A model generated the notes under the pieces. The model had not been told where the DNA came from and did no database searches. It saw only the letters and a list, made by a program, of their open reading frames with translations. A stretch of DNA of 64,000 nucleotides from Thermoanaerobaculia bacterium (GTDB taxonomy: Bacteria; Acidobacteriota; Thermoanaerobaculia; UBA5066): assembly GCA_963719225.1 (NCBI GenBank), contig CAVRAY010000001.1, forward strand, positions 1,056,001 to 1,120,000. Reading direction: 5' to 3'. Each line of letters opens with the position of its first letter. Position 1 is the first letter of the stretch. Of this stretch, positions 55,357-63,949 are shown in pieces. Both the position numbers and the translations under genes were made by a program.

Positions 55357-55522
55357 CGAACCCGGGGATTCCCAAAGGAGATCTCAGCCCTCTCTTGACT
55401 ACGACCGGCCTTCTCATGGAAGTCCGCTGCAAGGATGGAGTGGACTCCTCCTTCATGACGTGAAACGGCATCTGTGTGCCAACGTCATCGAGTCGGAGAG
55501 TGAAGCCGAAAAGGAGGAGTCC

Positions 55523-56578
55523 ATGGAGAATCCTACGACGATCGCGATCGACCTGTCCAAGAGCGTTTTCGAGATCGCCGTCGAGCGCGGGGGGCGGATC
55601 TGCCAGAGGAAGCGGCTGAGCCGAGGGCAGATGATCACGTTTCTTTCGCAGTGCCCCAGGGCCACGATCCTCATGGAGACGTGTGGCACCTCGCACTACT
55701 GGGGCCGCAAGGCGCAGGAGCTCGGGCACGACGTGCGGCTGCTTCCGGCACAGCACGTCAGGCCGTACCGCATCGGCCAGAAGATCGACCGCAGGGACGC
55801 CGAAGCGATCCTGAGCGCGCGGCACCGAGAAACGATCGTCGCCGTGCCCGTCAAGACGGTCGAGCAGCAGACCATCTGCGCGCTTCACCGGGTGCGCGCG
55901 GCGCTGATGAAGACCCGGACCGCCCGGCTGAACACCGTGAGAGGTCTGCTGAGGGAATTCGGGGTTGTGATTGCCGAGGGAGCCGAGAGAGTCCAGCCGG
56001 CGCTTTTCGAAGCCCTCTCGCAGTCTTCCTCGCCCGTGCCCGAGCCCCTTCACGCGGCGCTCATGGCGATGATGGCCGAGGCCCGAGAGCTCGAGGAAAG
56101 AAGCGGGCAGGTCGAAAAGCAGCTGAAGGCCCTGGCCCGGACGGCTCCTCTCGTCGAGAGGCTCGAGACGATTCCGGGTGTAGGTCTCCTGAACGCCACG
56201 GCGTTTTCTGCGATGGTCGGAGACTTTCGGCGCTTCAAGTCGGGACGGAAGTTTGCGAGCTCGCTCGGGCTGACGCCGAAGGAAAGCTCGAGCGGAAAGA
56301 GAAGGTGGCTCGGGTCGATCAGCAAGGCCGGAGACCCGTACCTCAGGACGCTTTTGATCGGCGGGGCCCGCTCGATGCTGCTCTCGGCCCACCGCAGGAA
56401 AAGGCCGCATGACCTGCAGCGATGGGCGCTCGAGGTCGAGAACAGGCGCGGGCGAAACCGCGCCGCAGTCGCCGTCGCAAACAAGCTCGCCCGGATCATC
56501 TGGGCCGTCGCGACGCGGGGCGAGCCGTTCAAGGCCAGGTTCGCCGCTCAGAACCCTCCAGCAACCGCTTCTGCCTGA
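55523..56578 (+). CDS. IS110-family transposase/recombinase (IS-B)
   Basis: AIDLSK, LMETC, KIDRRDA (DEDD); GLTPKESSSG. Confidence 0.95.
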   Translation: MENPTTIAIDLSKSVFEIAVERGGRICQRKRLSRGQMITFLSQCPRATILMETCGTSHYWGRKAQELGHDVRLLPAQHVRPYRIGQKIDRRDAEAILSARHRETIVAVPVKTVEQQTICALHRVRAALMKTRTARLNTVRGLLREFGVVIAEGAERVQPALFEALSQSSSPVPEPLHAALMAMMAEARELEERSGQVEKQLKALARTAPLVERLETIPGVGLLNATAFSAMVGDFRRFKSGRKFASSLGLTPKESSSGKRRWLGSISKAGDPYLRTLLIGGARSMLLSAHRRKRPHDLQRWALEVENRRGRNRAAVAVANKLARIIWAVATRGEPFKARFAAQNPPATASA

Positions 56579-56654
56579 AACGAGAAAGTGGGAGAGAAAC
56601 CCGTCAGCCCTTCCCGCCGACGAACGCGAAAGATGCGACAGATGAGCTCGGTCC

Positions 56655-56795
56655 GACCGACACGGGGCAAAGCCGATAACACCTCTGGCTCCAAGAAGCC
56701 GTTGCACAACGATTGGCCCCCCGTGTGCGGATTTCATCCTGGCCCGGAGCCCACGAAGGCTCCAACAGAAGAGGCCGTAGATACGAGTGCCGTCG
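56655..56795 (+). ncRNA. Putative bridge/seek RNA of IS-B (boundaries approximate)
   Basis: Two internal-loop hairpins with target-like (TAACACCTC, GTTGCA) and donor-like (TTTCATCCT, AGATA) segments. Confidence 0.75.
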
Positions 56796-56976
56796 CGACC
56801 TTCTCCGCTCATCACCATCGATCGCGTTCCCACGCAGGAATCGCCCCCGACGACCCAGGATCGCCTGATTTCTTAGAAGGAGAAAAACCACAGACCGCCC
56901 GCACTTGATCCCAAGGAGGAGTCCAGATACGAGGGGTTAGGCCTCGTACGATGCGTGAATAATGGACGACCGAGGC

Positions 56977-57393
56977 TTAAGGAGCGACGGGCCTGAGCCT
57001 GCGCCAGATGAAGAGCGCAAAACTGGCAACCGCGACTGCGGGGACCAGAAGGGTAAGTAGGAAAGGCGGCATACGGTCCGCGCGGACGAGACTCAGTGTG
57101 AGCCGATACGCGAGGCCGGCCGAGACAAGGCCCATGAACGCGAACGCCGAGAAAAGCGTAGGACGGAGCAAGCGAACGGCCTGCGCGCTATGGAAAGTGC
57201 TGGCAGCGACAAGGATTAGCCCGCTAACCCCGAGGTAGAGCTTGGTGACGAGTTGAACCGTAGTGAAGGGAGGATGAGCGACGAAGAAGTCGATGGCGCC
57301 AAGGATGAGAAACGCGAGGCCCACGAGAAAGGCCCCGAGACGAAGATGGCTGGGTATCGACGACCCGGCAGAACTCCGTAGGGATGAGGTCAT
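56977..57393 (-). CDS. Hypothetical membrane protein (gene cassette 2)
   Basis: Four hydrophobic segments; bounded by GTTAGGCCTCG and CGAGGCCTAAC. Confidence 0.7.
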   Translation of the reverse strand: MTSSLRSSAGSSIPSHLRLGAFLVGLAFLILGAIDFFVAHPPFTTVQLVTKLYLGVSGLILVAASTFHSAQAVRLLRPTLFSAFAFMGLVSAGLAYRLTLSLVRADRMPPFLLTLLVPAVAVASFALFIWRRLRPVAP

Positions 57394-57409
57394 GCGATTT
57401 CCTTTCGAG

Positions 57410-57489
57410 GCCTAACGATATCGAGTTCAGCGGCGAAGAGGAAGGAGCGAAGCGACTGACGATGAGTCCGCTGCAATGAGTTGTTCGGC
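57410..57489 (-). other. attC site, intact, 80 bp (cassette 1)
   Basis: Minus strand GCCGAAC-AACTC-ATTGCAGC...GCTGAAC-TCGATATC-GTTAGGC. Confidence 0.92.
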
Positions 57490-57495
57490 GGCGGC

Positions 57496-57951
57496 CTACG
57501 GCCACTTGAAGAAGCTGAAGACGGCCGCAGCGCCTTGAGCCTCCGTGACGAGTTGAAAACCGTGGCTTAGCAGCTGGCACGGGCCGTTTGAGGAAGGTGA
57601 CAGGCCTTGCCCCATGACCCCGAATTGGACCGGGATACCGGCCTCCTTTGCATTGCTGAGGGTGCGGAGAGCTTTCGCGTGCTGCTCTGGTGTGCTTGGC
57701 GTACCGGTAGAGCGCCACCAGTGCGAGCGCCGATAAGAGACGCTGACGGTTACCTCGGTGCATGAGCCCGGCAGGATGGCAGGATCGTGAGCGAGGGGCA
57801 GGAGCCGAATGACTTGGTGTTCGCGAGACGAGACGTCGACTGCTACGACGCGAACGGGGAGGCTTGCGCCGCCCGCCAACACGCCCCGAGCGGCACCGAG
57901 GCCAGCGGCTAGCGCGAGGAGCGGACAGAGGAGCCGGCGAAGGGTGACCAT
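57496..57951 (-). CDS. Hypothetical exported protein (gene cassette 1)
   Basis: Signal peptide; ORF fills the interval between attI and first attC. Confidence 0.7.
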   Translation of the reverse strand: MVTLRRLLCPLLALAAGLGAARGVLAGGASLPVRVVAVDVSSREHQVIRLLPLAHDPAILPGSCTEVTVSVSYRRSHWWRSTGTPSTPEQHAKALRTLSNAKEAGIPVQFGVMGQGLSPSSNGPCQLLSHGFQLVTEAQGAAAVFSFFKWP

Positions 57952-57962
57952 GAGATTTAGCC

Positions 57963-57981
57963 GCCGAACTAGTATTAGACG
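57963..57981 (-). other. Putative attI core (crossover G57969/T57968)
   Basis: Minus strand CGTCTAATACTA-GTTCGGC; GTTCGGCGG complements R'' of first attC; no attC arm upstream. Confidence 0.7.
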
Positions 57982-58000
57982 TCTGGTGGGGTGGGTACAT

Positions 58001-58549
58001 CTAGGAACTTCTGCCCGAATTGTGGCCCAGGTTCCTATTAGTAGTCACCTGGCGGTGAGCATATCTAGGAACCGCAGGGCGGGTGGGGTCGGGGTGGCGG
58101 GAGGGGGTTTCGAGGGTCCCGGGGGTTCCGGGGGTTCCGGGGGTCCCGAGGGGCCCGTGAGTCCCGAGGGGGGTTCGAGTTGGCGCCACGATCCGGCTCC
58201 TCAGCCTGAGCCTCTCGGCGACGTCGTACCGCGTCCGCCAGAGCATCCTTTCCCTGTCCCACCACGCCCTCGCGTCGCGGAGCCGCTGAATCGCCTTCCA
58301 GTCGTTCGGGTCGATCCTGAGGTAGACCAGCGCACCCGGCGTCGGGCGCCTTGGCGGGTTCCAGGGCCGCAGCTCCGAGGTCACGATCTCGACGGTCGTG
58401 TATCGGATCCGCTCTTTTGCGTCGAACCGGTACCTTACGGATACGAGCCGTTCGCCCCAGTCCCGGACGAACCGGGCTGTACCTTTCTCGCCCGGTCGCA
58501 TCGTCTTGCGGACGACTCCCTGCATGGCGCCGTTCGCGTGCGTAATCAC
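58001..58549 (-). CDS. Hypothetical basic protein between intI and attI (orfX)
   Basis: RPGEKGT.RF...WGERLVSVRYRFD...RYTTVEIV; GTGA overlap with upstream stop (alternative ATG 58525). Confidence 0.7.
   Translation of the reverse strand: MITHANGAMQGVVRKTMRPGEKGTARFVRDWGERLVSVRYRFDAKERIRYTTVEIVTSELRPWNPPRRPTPGALVYLRIDPNDWKAIQRLRDARAWWDRERMLWRTRYDVAERLRLRSRIVAPTRTPLGTHGPLGTPGTPGTPGTLETPSRHPDPTRPAVPRYAHRQVTTNRNLGHNSGRSS
58104..58178. repeat. Imperfect 9-bp tandem repeat encoding (GTP)n in orfX
   Basis: GGGTTTCGA GGGTCCCGG GGGTTCCGG GGGTTCCGG GGGTCCCGA... Confidence 0.7.
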
Positions 58550-59040
58550 GGCGCCTTCTTCTCCGGCCGCGCGAGGATCCCGATCCGGCGTCCGGCGTCG
58601 GAGTCGGCGATCAGCTGCGCGAGGCGACGCGCGCGGGTCTCGGGCTTCTTCGCGCTCGCGACCCAGAACGTCGAGACTCTCGTGTAGCCCGGCGGCTGGG
58701 CCTGGAAGAACCGCCACGCGCCCCGGTGTGCCCGGAACGTCCGCGCCGCCTCGCGGTCGAACGTCAGGGTGCTCCTCTGCTCGAAGGAGTAGACGCCCGT
58801 GCGCTTCGCCTCGATGTACCAGCGGCCTGAGTCGAGGCTGCGCCTGACGCCGTCGATCCACCCGAAGCAGAGCGCCTCGTCCAGCGCCTCGAAGTACGTG
58901 AGGCTCGTGCGCCCGGGCGCCTTCTTGAGGAACCCGACGAGGAGCTCGGTCACCTTCGCGTGGTTCTTCTGGAGCCAGCGGCGGAAGGCGGGGGCATCGT
59001 CGAAGAAGATCGGAGGCGGTGAGCGAGGTGCGTCTCTCAC
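58546..59040 (-). CDS. YdeI/OmpD-associated family protein (possibly internally deleted)
   Basis: FRRWLQKNH...[13 protein letters not shown]...FF.AQPPGY...[13 protein letters not shown]. Confidence 0.8.
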   Translation of the reverse strand: MRDAPRSPPPIFFDDAPAFRRWLQKNHAKVTELLVGFLKKAPGRTSLTYFEALDEALCFGWIDGVRRSLDSGRWYIEAKRTGVYSFEQRSTLTFDREAARTFRAHRGAWRFFQAQPPGYTRVSTFWVASAKKPETRARRLAQLIADSDAGRRIGILARPEKKAP

Positions 59041-59990
59041 GGCCCGTCCAGCGGGCTCCTGACGCCGCGGCCTCCGGAGTTGAGAACGTGGGTGTAGATC
59101 ATCGTCGTCGCGACGTCGCGGTGGCCGAGGAGCTCCTGGATGGTGCGGATGTCGTAGCCGCTCTCGAGAAGGTGGGTCGCGAAGCTGTGGCGCAGGGTGT
59201 GGCAGGTCGCGAGCCTCGTGATGCCGGCGTCCGCGACGGCCCTCTGGACGGCCCGCTGGACGACGGATTCGGGGAGGTGGTGACGGCGGATTTCACCGCT
59301 CCGCGGGTCGACGCTCTCGCGCCCCGCGGGGAAGACGTACTGCCACGGCCAGCTCTTTGCGGCGCCGGGGTACTTGATGCGAATGGCGTCGGGAAGGTGG
59401 ACGTCGCCGCCGCCGCGCGCGCGGTCCGCGTCGTGCCGGGCGCGGACCTCCTCGAGATGCGCCGCGAGGTCCGGCCTGAGAACGGCGGAAAGCATCGTGA
59501 CGCGGTCCTTCTGGCCCTTGCCGTCGCGGACGAGGATCTCGTTGCGGGAGAGGTCGAGATCCTTGACGCGCAGGCGCAGCGCTTCCATGAGCCTGAGTCC
59601 GGAGCCGTAGAGAAGGGTCGCGACGAGGCGCGGCTCGCCGCGGAGGCGGGCGAGGATCCGGCGGACCTCCTCGCGCGTGAGGACGACGGGAAGGCGTGCC
59701 GGACGCCGGGCGCGGATGAGAGTCGACATCTCGGGGAACGGCTTGTCGAGGACGTTGCGATAGAGGAAGAGAAGCGCCGAGAGCGCCTGGTTCTGGGTGG
59801 AGGCCGCGACGCGGCCCTGCGTCGCGAGGGAGGAGAGAAAGGCGCCGATCTCGGCTTCGCCCATCTCGTCGGGATGGCGTTTGTCGTGAAAGACGACGAA
59901 CCGCCGGATCCATCCGACGTAGGCTTCCTCGGTCCGGAGGCTGTAATGGCGCGTGCGGAGCGCGGCACGCACGCGTTCGAGGAGCTTCAT
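59037..59990 (-). CDS. intI: Integron integrase
   Basis: [25 protein letters not shown], integron-specific [10 protein letters not shown]...[24 protein letters not shown]...TTMIYTHV. Confidence 0.97.
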   Translation of the reverse strand: MKLLERVRAALRTRHYSLRTEEAYVGWIRRFVVFHDKRHPDEMGEAEIGAFLSSLATQGRVAASTQNQALSALLFLYRNVLDKPFPEMSTLIRARRPARLPVVLTREEVRRILARLRGEPRLVATLLYGSGLRLMEALRLRVKDLDLSRNEILVRDGKGQKDRVTMLSAVLRPDLAAHLEEVRARHDADRARGGGDVHLPDAIRIKYPGAAKSWPWQYVFPAGRESVDPRSGEIRRHHLPESVVQRAVQRAVADAGITRLATCHTLRHSFATHLLESGYDIRTIQELLGHRDVATTMIYTHVLNSGGRGVRSPLDGP

Positions 59991-60006
59991 GTTTCCTGCC
60001 GCGCAA

Positions 60007-60035
60007 AAGGTAGATCCGCGGTGCTCGCAAGTCAA
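60007..60035 (-). promoter_or_regulatory. Putative intI promoter
   Basis: TTGACT-N17-TACCTT on minus strand. Confidence 0.6.
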
Positions 60036-60117
60036 GCGTAAGTTTAGGCCTAGAATGAGCCACGATTCATTTTTTCCATGACGCGCCTCGAAAGGCATGC
60101 TACGTTCCCGGGTTGCC

Positions 60118-60906
60118 ATGAATCAGATCGTCTGCATCGCCTACGTCCCCGACACGGAAACCAGGATCCGCATCGCCCCGGGCGGCGTCTCGATCGACGA
60201 AGCCGACGTGAAGTGGATCGTGTCCCCCTACGACGAGTACGCGCTCGAGGGCGCGCTCAAGACGAAGGAAGCGAAAGGCGGGACCGTCACGGCCCTGACG
60301 TTCGGCCCCGCGCGCGCCGACACGGGCCTGCGCGAGAGCCTCGCCCGCGGCGCCGACGACGCGATCCGCATCGCGTCCGAGGGCCTCGGCGACGTGGATT
60401 CGCTCGGCGTGGCGCGCCTCCTCGCCGGCGTCATCGAGACCCTGCCCTACGACGTCGTGTGGATGGGCAACAAGGGCGTCGGCACGGACGCGCAGCTCCT
60501 CGTGCCCATGCTCGCCGAGCTCCTCGACCTGCCGCACGTGAATCTCGTGACGCAGCTCGAGTGGAAGGACGGCACGGTCGTCGCGCACCGCGAGATCGAG
60601 GGCGCGCAGGAAGTCGTCGAGATGCCGCTTCCCGGCATCATCGGTGCCACGAAGGGGCTGAACGAGCCGCGCTACGCGTCGCTGAAGGGGATCATGGCCG
60701 CGAAGAAGAAGGCGATCGCCGTGAAGACGCCCGCCGACGCCGGCGTCGATCCGGCGTCGATCTCCGGAGACGCCGTGCACGTGCGCTGGACGAAGCTCGA
60801 GCTGCCGCCCCCGCGGCAGGCCGTGAAGCTCGTCCCGGCGGATGACCCGGCGAAGGCCGCGACGGAGCTGCTGCGGCTGCTGCGGGAAGAGGCGAAGGTC
60901 CTTTGA
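60118..60906 (+). CDS. etfB: Electron transfer flavoprotein beta subunit
   Basis: [40 protein letters not shown]. Confidence 0.93.
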   Translation: MNQIVCIAYVPDTETRIRIAPGGVSIDEADVKWIVSPYDEYALEGALKTKEAKGGTVTALTFGPARADTGLRESLARGADDAIRIASEGLGDVDSLGVARLLAGVIETLPYDVVWMGNKGVGTDAQLLVPMLAELLDLPHVNLVTQLEWKDGTVVAHREIEGAQEVVEMPLPGIIGATKGLNEPRYASLKGIMAAKKKAIAVKTPADAGVDPASISGDAVHVRWTKLELPPPRQAVKLVPADDPAKAATELLRLLREEAKVL

Positions 60907-60962
60907 GTAAGAAGGAAAAGAGAAAGAGAAGATTTTCTTAGAAGGTAAGAGGGAAAGATCGC

Positions 60963-61937
60963 ATGTCGAACGTCCTCGTTTTCATCGAGCAGCGGGACGG
61001 CAAGCTGCGGAAGTCCTCGCTGGAGGCCTTGAGTCTCGGTCATTCACTTTCTAAGAAAAGCGGCGGTGCACTTGCCGCTGTGATTGCCGGATCCGGCATC
61101 GGGTCTTTGGCCTCAGAGCTCGCTGCGTACGGCGCCGCGAAGGTGTTCGTCGCCGACAAGCCGGAGCTCGCGTTGTTCTCGTCCGAGGGCTACACCGCGG
61201 CCCTCGATGCCGCGGCGACGGCCTTCAAGCCGTCCATCGTCCTCGTCTCGGCCACCGCCATGGGTCGCGACGTCGCCCCGCGCTTCGCCGCGCGCCGCGG
61301 CGTCTCGGTGCTGTCGGACGTGATGACGCTCGACGTCGAGGGCGGCCGCCTCGCGGGCGAACGGCCGGTCTATTCGGGAAAGGCGCGCGTGCGCGTCACG
61401 CCAGCGGCGAACGCCGAGATCCAGGTCGCGACGCCGCGCCCGAACGTGTTTCCGGCGTCGAAGAGCCCGGGCGCGGGCGAGGTCGTGAACCTCGACCTTC
61501 CGGCTCTGAAAATCCGCGCGAAGGTCGTGAAGGTGGAGGCGGCCGAGGCCGGCGAGATCGACGTGGCCGAGGCGGACAAGATCGTCAGCGGGGGTCGCGG
61601 CATCAAGGGGCCCGAGAACTGGCCCATCCTGCGGGCGCTGTGCCACGAGCTGGGCGCCGCGCTGGGCGCCTCGCGTGCCGCGGTGGATGCCGGCTGGATC
61701 GGGCACGAGCACCAGGTGGGGCAGACCGGGAAAGTCGTCTCGCCGTCGCTCTACATCGCGTGCGGCGTCTCCGGCGCGATCCAGCATCTCGCGGGGATGG
61801 GCTCGTCGAAGGTCATCGTGGCCATCAACAAGGACCCCGAGGCGCCGATCTTCAAGGTCGCCACGTACGGCATCGTGGGCGACCTCTTCCAGATCGTGCC
61901 TGCGATGACGGAAGCGGCGAAAAAGCTGAAGGCCTAG
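60963..61937 (+). CDS. etfA: Electron transfer flavoprotein alpha subunit
   Basis: [44 protein letters not shown]. Confidence 0.95.
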   Translation: MSNVLVFIEQRDGKLRKSSLEALSLGHSLSKKSGGALAAVIAGSGIGSLASELAAYGAAKVFVADKPELALFSSEGYTAALDAAATAFKPSIVLVSATAMGRDVAPRFAARRGVSVLSDVMTLDVEGGRLAGERPVYSGKARVRVTPAANAEIQVATPRPNVFPASKSPGAGEVVNLDLPALKIRAKVVKVEAAEAGEIDVAEADKIVSGGRGIKGPENWPILRALCHELGAALGASRAAVDAGWIGHEHQVGQTGKVVSPSLYIACGVSGAIQHLAGMGSSKVIVAINKDPEAPIFKVATYGIVGDLFQIVPAMTEAAKKLKA

Positions 61938-62146
61938 CGGCCGCGCTGTCCCCTGACCGCCTCCTACCGCGAACGCTCGGGCCCCTATTTCCGATGCCCT
62001 CTTGCCCTCGCTCTCGAGCTCCGCGCGCGGCGATCTTCTCTGAGGCTTCGGCCGTCGGACGCGCGTCGCTCGACGTCGCGCACGAAGGCAGTCAGGCGCC
62101 TTCGCGCCGCTGCCTCTTCACCTTCTAAGAATTCTCTTCTTGATCC

Positions 62147-63949
62147 CTAGTTGACGATCGCGCGGAACTCCGCGTAGGACGGGCCGCAGCCGTTCGTGTA
62201 GAAGACCCGGATGATGTCCTGTCCGGGGAAAGGCCCGGGGAGGTAAGCGAAGACTCCCGGGCTCGATTCCGAGAAGTGCATCGCGCTCTGGTTCTGCACG
62301 ATGACGAAGCGGAGGAGCGTCGGGTCCGCGACCCCCGTCACGTTGATGAACACGTAGCCCGAGCTCGCGGGCACGGTGACCATGTTCGGGTTCAGGATCG
62401 GCGTGAAGGGCTGCAGGTCGACAGGGACGGTGAGCGTCGCCGTCGCGGTCGGTCCTCCGACGAGGATCGGAAACGCGGTCAGCGTGAACGTGGTGTCGCC
62501 GGTGATCGTCGTCCCGACCGATCCGTTCGGCGCGAGTCCGAAGGGCGAGACCACGGGGTCGATGTTCACGCTGCGGGCGTTCTCGGTCTCCCACGACAGG
62601 ATGATGTTCGACGACGAGCCGCAGCCGCGCGCCGGATCGGCCGTGAAGAAGTTGACCGCGGGCGAGCCGGGCGTGATGACCGTCGCCGTGAACGTGGCGG
62701 TGCCGGCGCCGCAGGAGCCGCCGGGCACGGTGAGGCGGACGATGTCGGTGCCGGGGATCGAACCGGCGGTGTACGTGAAGCTGTTGCCGTTCACGACGAA
62801 CGTCGAGCCGGTCGATTCGTGCTTGTCGAAGGTGATCGTGACGAGGGTCCCCGTGTAGACCACGGGGATCGAGCCGATCACGACCTGGCTGGTGCCGACC
62901 GTCATCGATGCGGGCGTCGGCGTGGGCGGCGTCGTGGGCGGCGTGAGCGTGATTTTGCGCGACGACGTGGAGGTGGCGCCCGAAAGCGCGACGGCCGTGA
63001 GCGTGATGTCGCCCGCCGAGACGACCTGGAGGTTCGCCGTACCCGAGGCCGCGAGGTCGCCCGCGGCGCCCGTGATGTTCACGTGGTCCGCCCCCGTCGT
63101 CGTCCACGTCGCGGTGACCGACAGCGGCGGGCAGCCCGAGGAGGGCGAGATCGTGAAGGAGGTGATGACGGGCGCCGTCGAGAAGGCGCCACGCGCGACG
63201 GAGAGCGACAGCGCGCTGCCGTCGCTCGTCAGGTTGTCGTTCTTGATCGCGTACGGGAGCCCCGCCCCGGTGAGCATCCGGAAGCGCAGCGCGAGCTGCG
63301 CGCGCTCCGCGGTTTCGGGCACGAGGACCGAGAGCGCCTGCTGCCCGGCCGAGCCGGGCACGGCGAAGATCTGGCCGGTGCCGAGCGGATTGCCGCCTTC
63401 GAAGGCCGTCACCTCGACCGTGCAGCCCTGCGCGGAGAGAGGGCTGCACAGGACGCCCACGTTCGTGCGCGAGTGGCCGGGGTCGAGCGAGGACGACGCC
63501 TCGGCGCCGCCGCCCCAGGACTCGTCGCCGGCCGCGAGGAAGTCGGAGATCGGGAAGGCCGTCGTCACCGTGCCGAAGCGTCCGCCCGGCGTGTCGTTGA
63601 ACGTCTCGGACCAGGCGTTGACGGGGGAGTCGCTCCTGAGGTGATAGAGGAATGTCCCTCTCCCGTCGACGGCCGCGGGCGCGGGGATGACGGCGACGCC
63701 GCGGGTGGAGAGCGTGAACGGCAGGCTCGCGAGGGTGGCGCCGCCCACGAAGAAATCGATGGATCCCGTCGCCGCGCCGACGCTCGAGACGTAGATGTTC
63801 GTGTCGAAGCGCGCGTTCGCGCCCACACCCTTCGCGGCCGGGCCGCCCCAGAGATCCGTGCCGGCGGGCGCGGCGGCTTGAAGGGCGCCGGCCGCGGCCA
63901 GCGCGAACACGATCGAAGCGGTCCGGAAGGACCTTCGGAGATGCGTCAT
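62147..63949 (-). CDS. Secreted Thr/Gly-rich protein with probable Ig-like repeats
   Basis: Signal peptide; RTNVG, PVITSFT, FTADP, LSWET.NA, TTFTLTA beta-rich repeats. Confidence 0.65.
   Translation of the reverse strand: MTHLRRSFRTASIVFALAAAGALQAAAPAGTDLWGGPAAKGVGANARFDTNIYVSSVGAATGSIDFFVGGATLASLPFTLSTRGVAVIPAPAAVDGRGTFLYHLRSDSPVNAWSETFNDTPGGRFGTVTTAFPISDFLAAGDESWGGGAEASSSLDPGHSRTNVGVLCSPLSAQGCTVEVTAFEGGNPLGTGQIFAVPGSAGQQALSVLVPETAERAQLALRFRMLTGAGLPYAIKNDNLTSDGSALSLSVARGAFSTAPVITSFTISPSSGCPPLSVTATWTTTGADHVNITGAAGDLAASGTANLQVVSAGDITLTAVALSGATSTSSRKITLTPPTTPPTPTPASMTVGTSQVVIGSIPVVYTGTLVTITFDKHESTGSTFVVNGNSFTYTAGSIPGTDIVRLTVPGGSCGAGTATFTATVITPGSPAVNFFTADPARGCGSSSNIILSWETENARSVNIDPVVSPFGLAPNGSVGTTITGDTTFTLTAFPILVGGPTATATLTVPVDLQPFTPILNPNMVTVPASSGYVFINVTGVADPTLLRFVIVQNQSAMHFSESSPGVFAYLPGPFPGQDIIRVFYTNGCGPSYAEFRAIVN

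Larger units (their letters stand above)
53932..55422 (+). mobile_element. IS-A copy 2, IS110 family (IS1111 type), 1491 bp
   Basis: Same IRs (53937-53951, 55403-55417); near-identical to copy 1 (one SNP noticed, G53052 vs A55148). Confidence 0.93.
55433..56929 (+). mobile_element. IS-B, IS1111-type element, about 1497 bp (1-bp end ambiguity)
   Basis: Subterminal IRs TGGACTCCTCCTT (55441-55453) and AAGGAGGAGTCCA (56913-56925); internal IR copy over the RBS. Confidence 0.93.
53875..56942 (-). other. attC site split into three parts by IS-A copy 2 and IS-B
   Basis: 53875-53931, 55423-55432 and 56930-56942 rejoin to an 80-bp attC nearly identical to 57410-57489. Confidence 0.9.

Noticed and set aside
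60036-60117. Canonical attI or LexA box upstream of intI
   Set aside because: GTTTAGGC is not a proper GTTRRRY core, etfB follows with no attC, and no convincing SOS box was seen
61940-62120. GC-rich intergenic hairpins as a possible ncRNA or attC
   Set aside because: No R boxes, no second copy in the window, no recognisable RNA family
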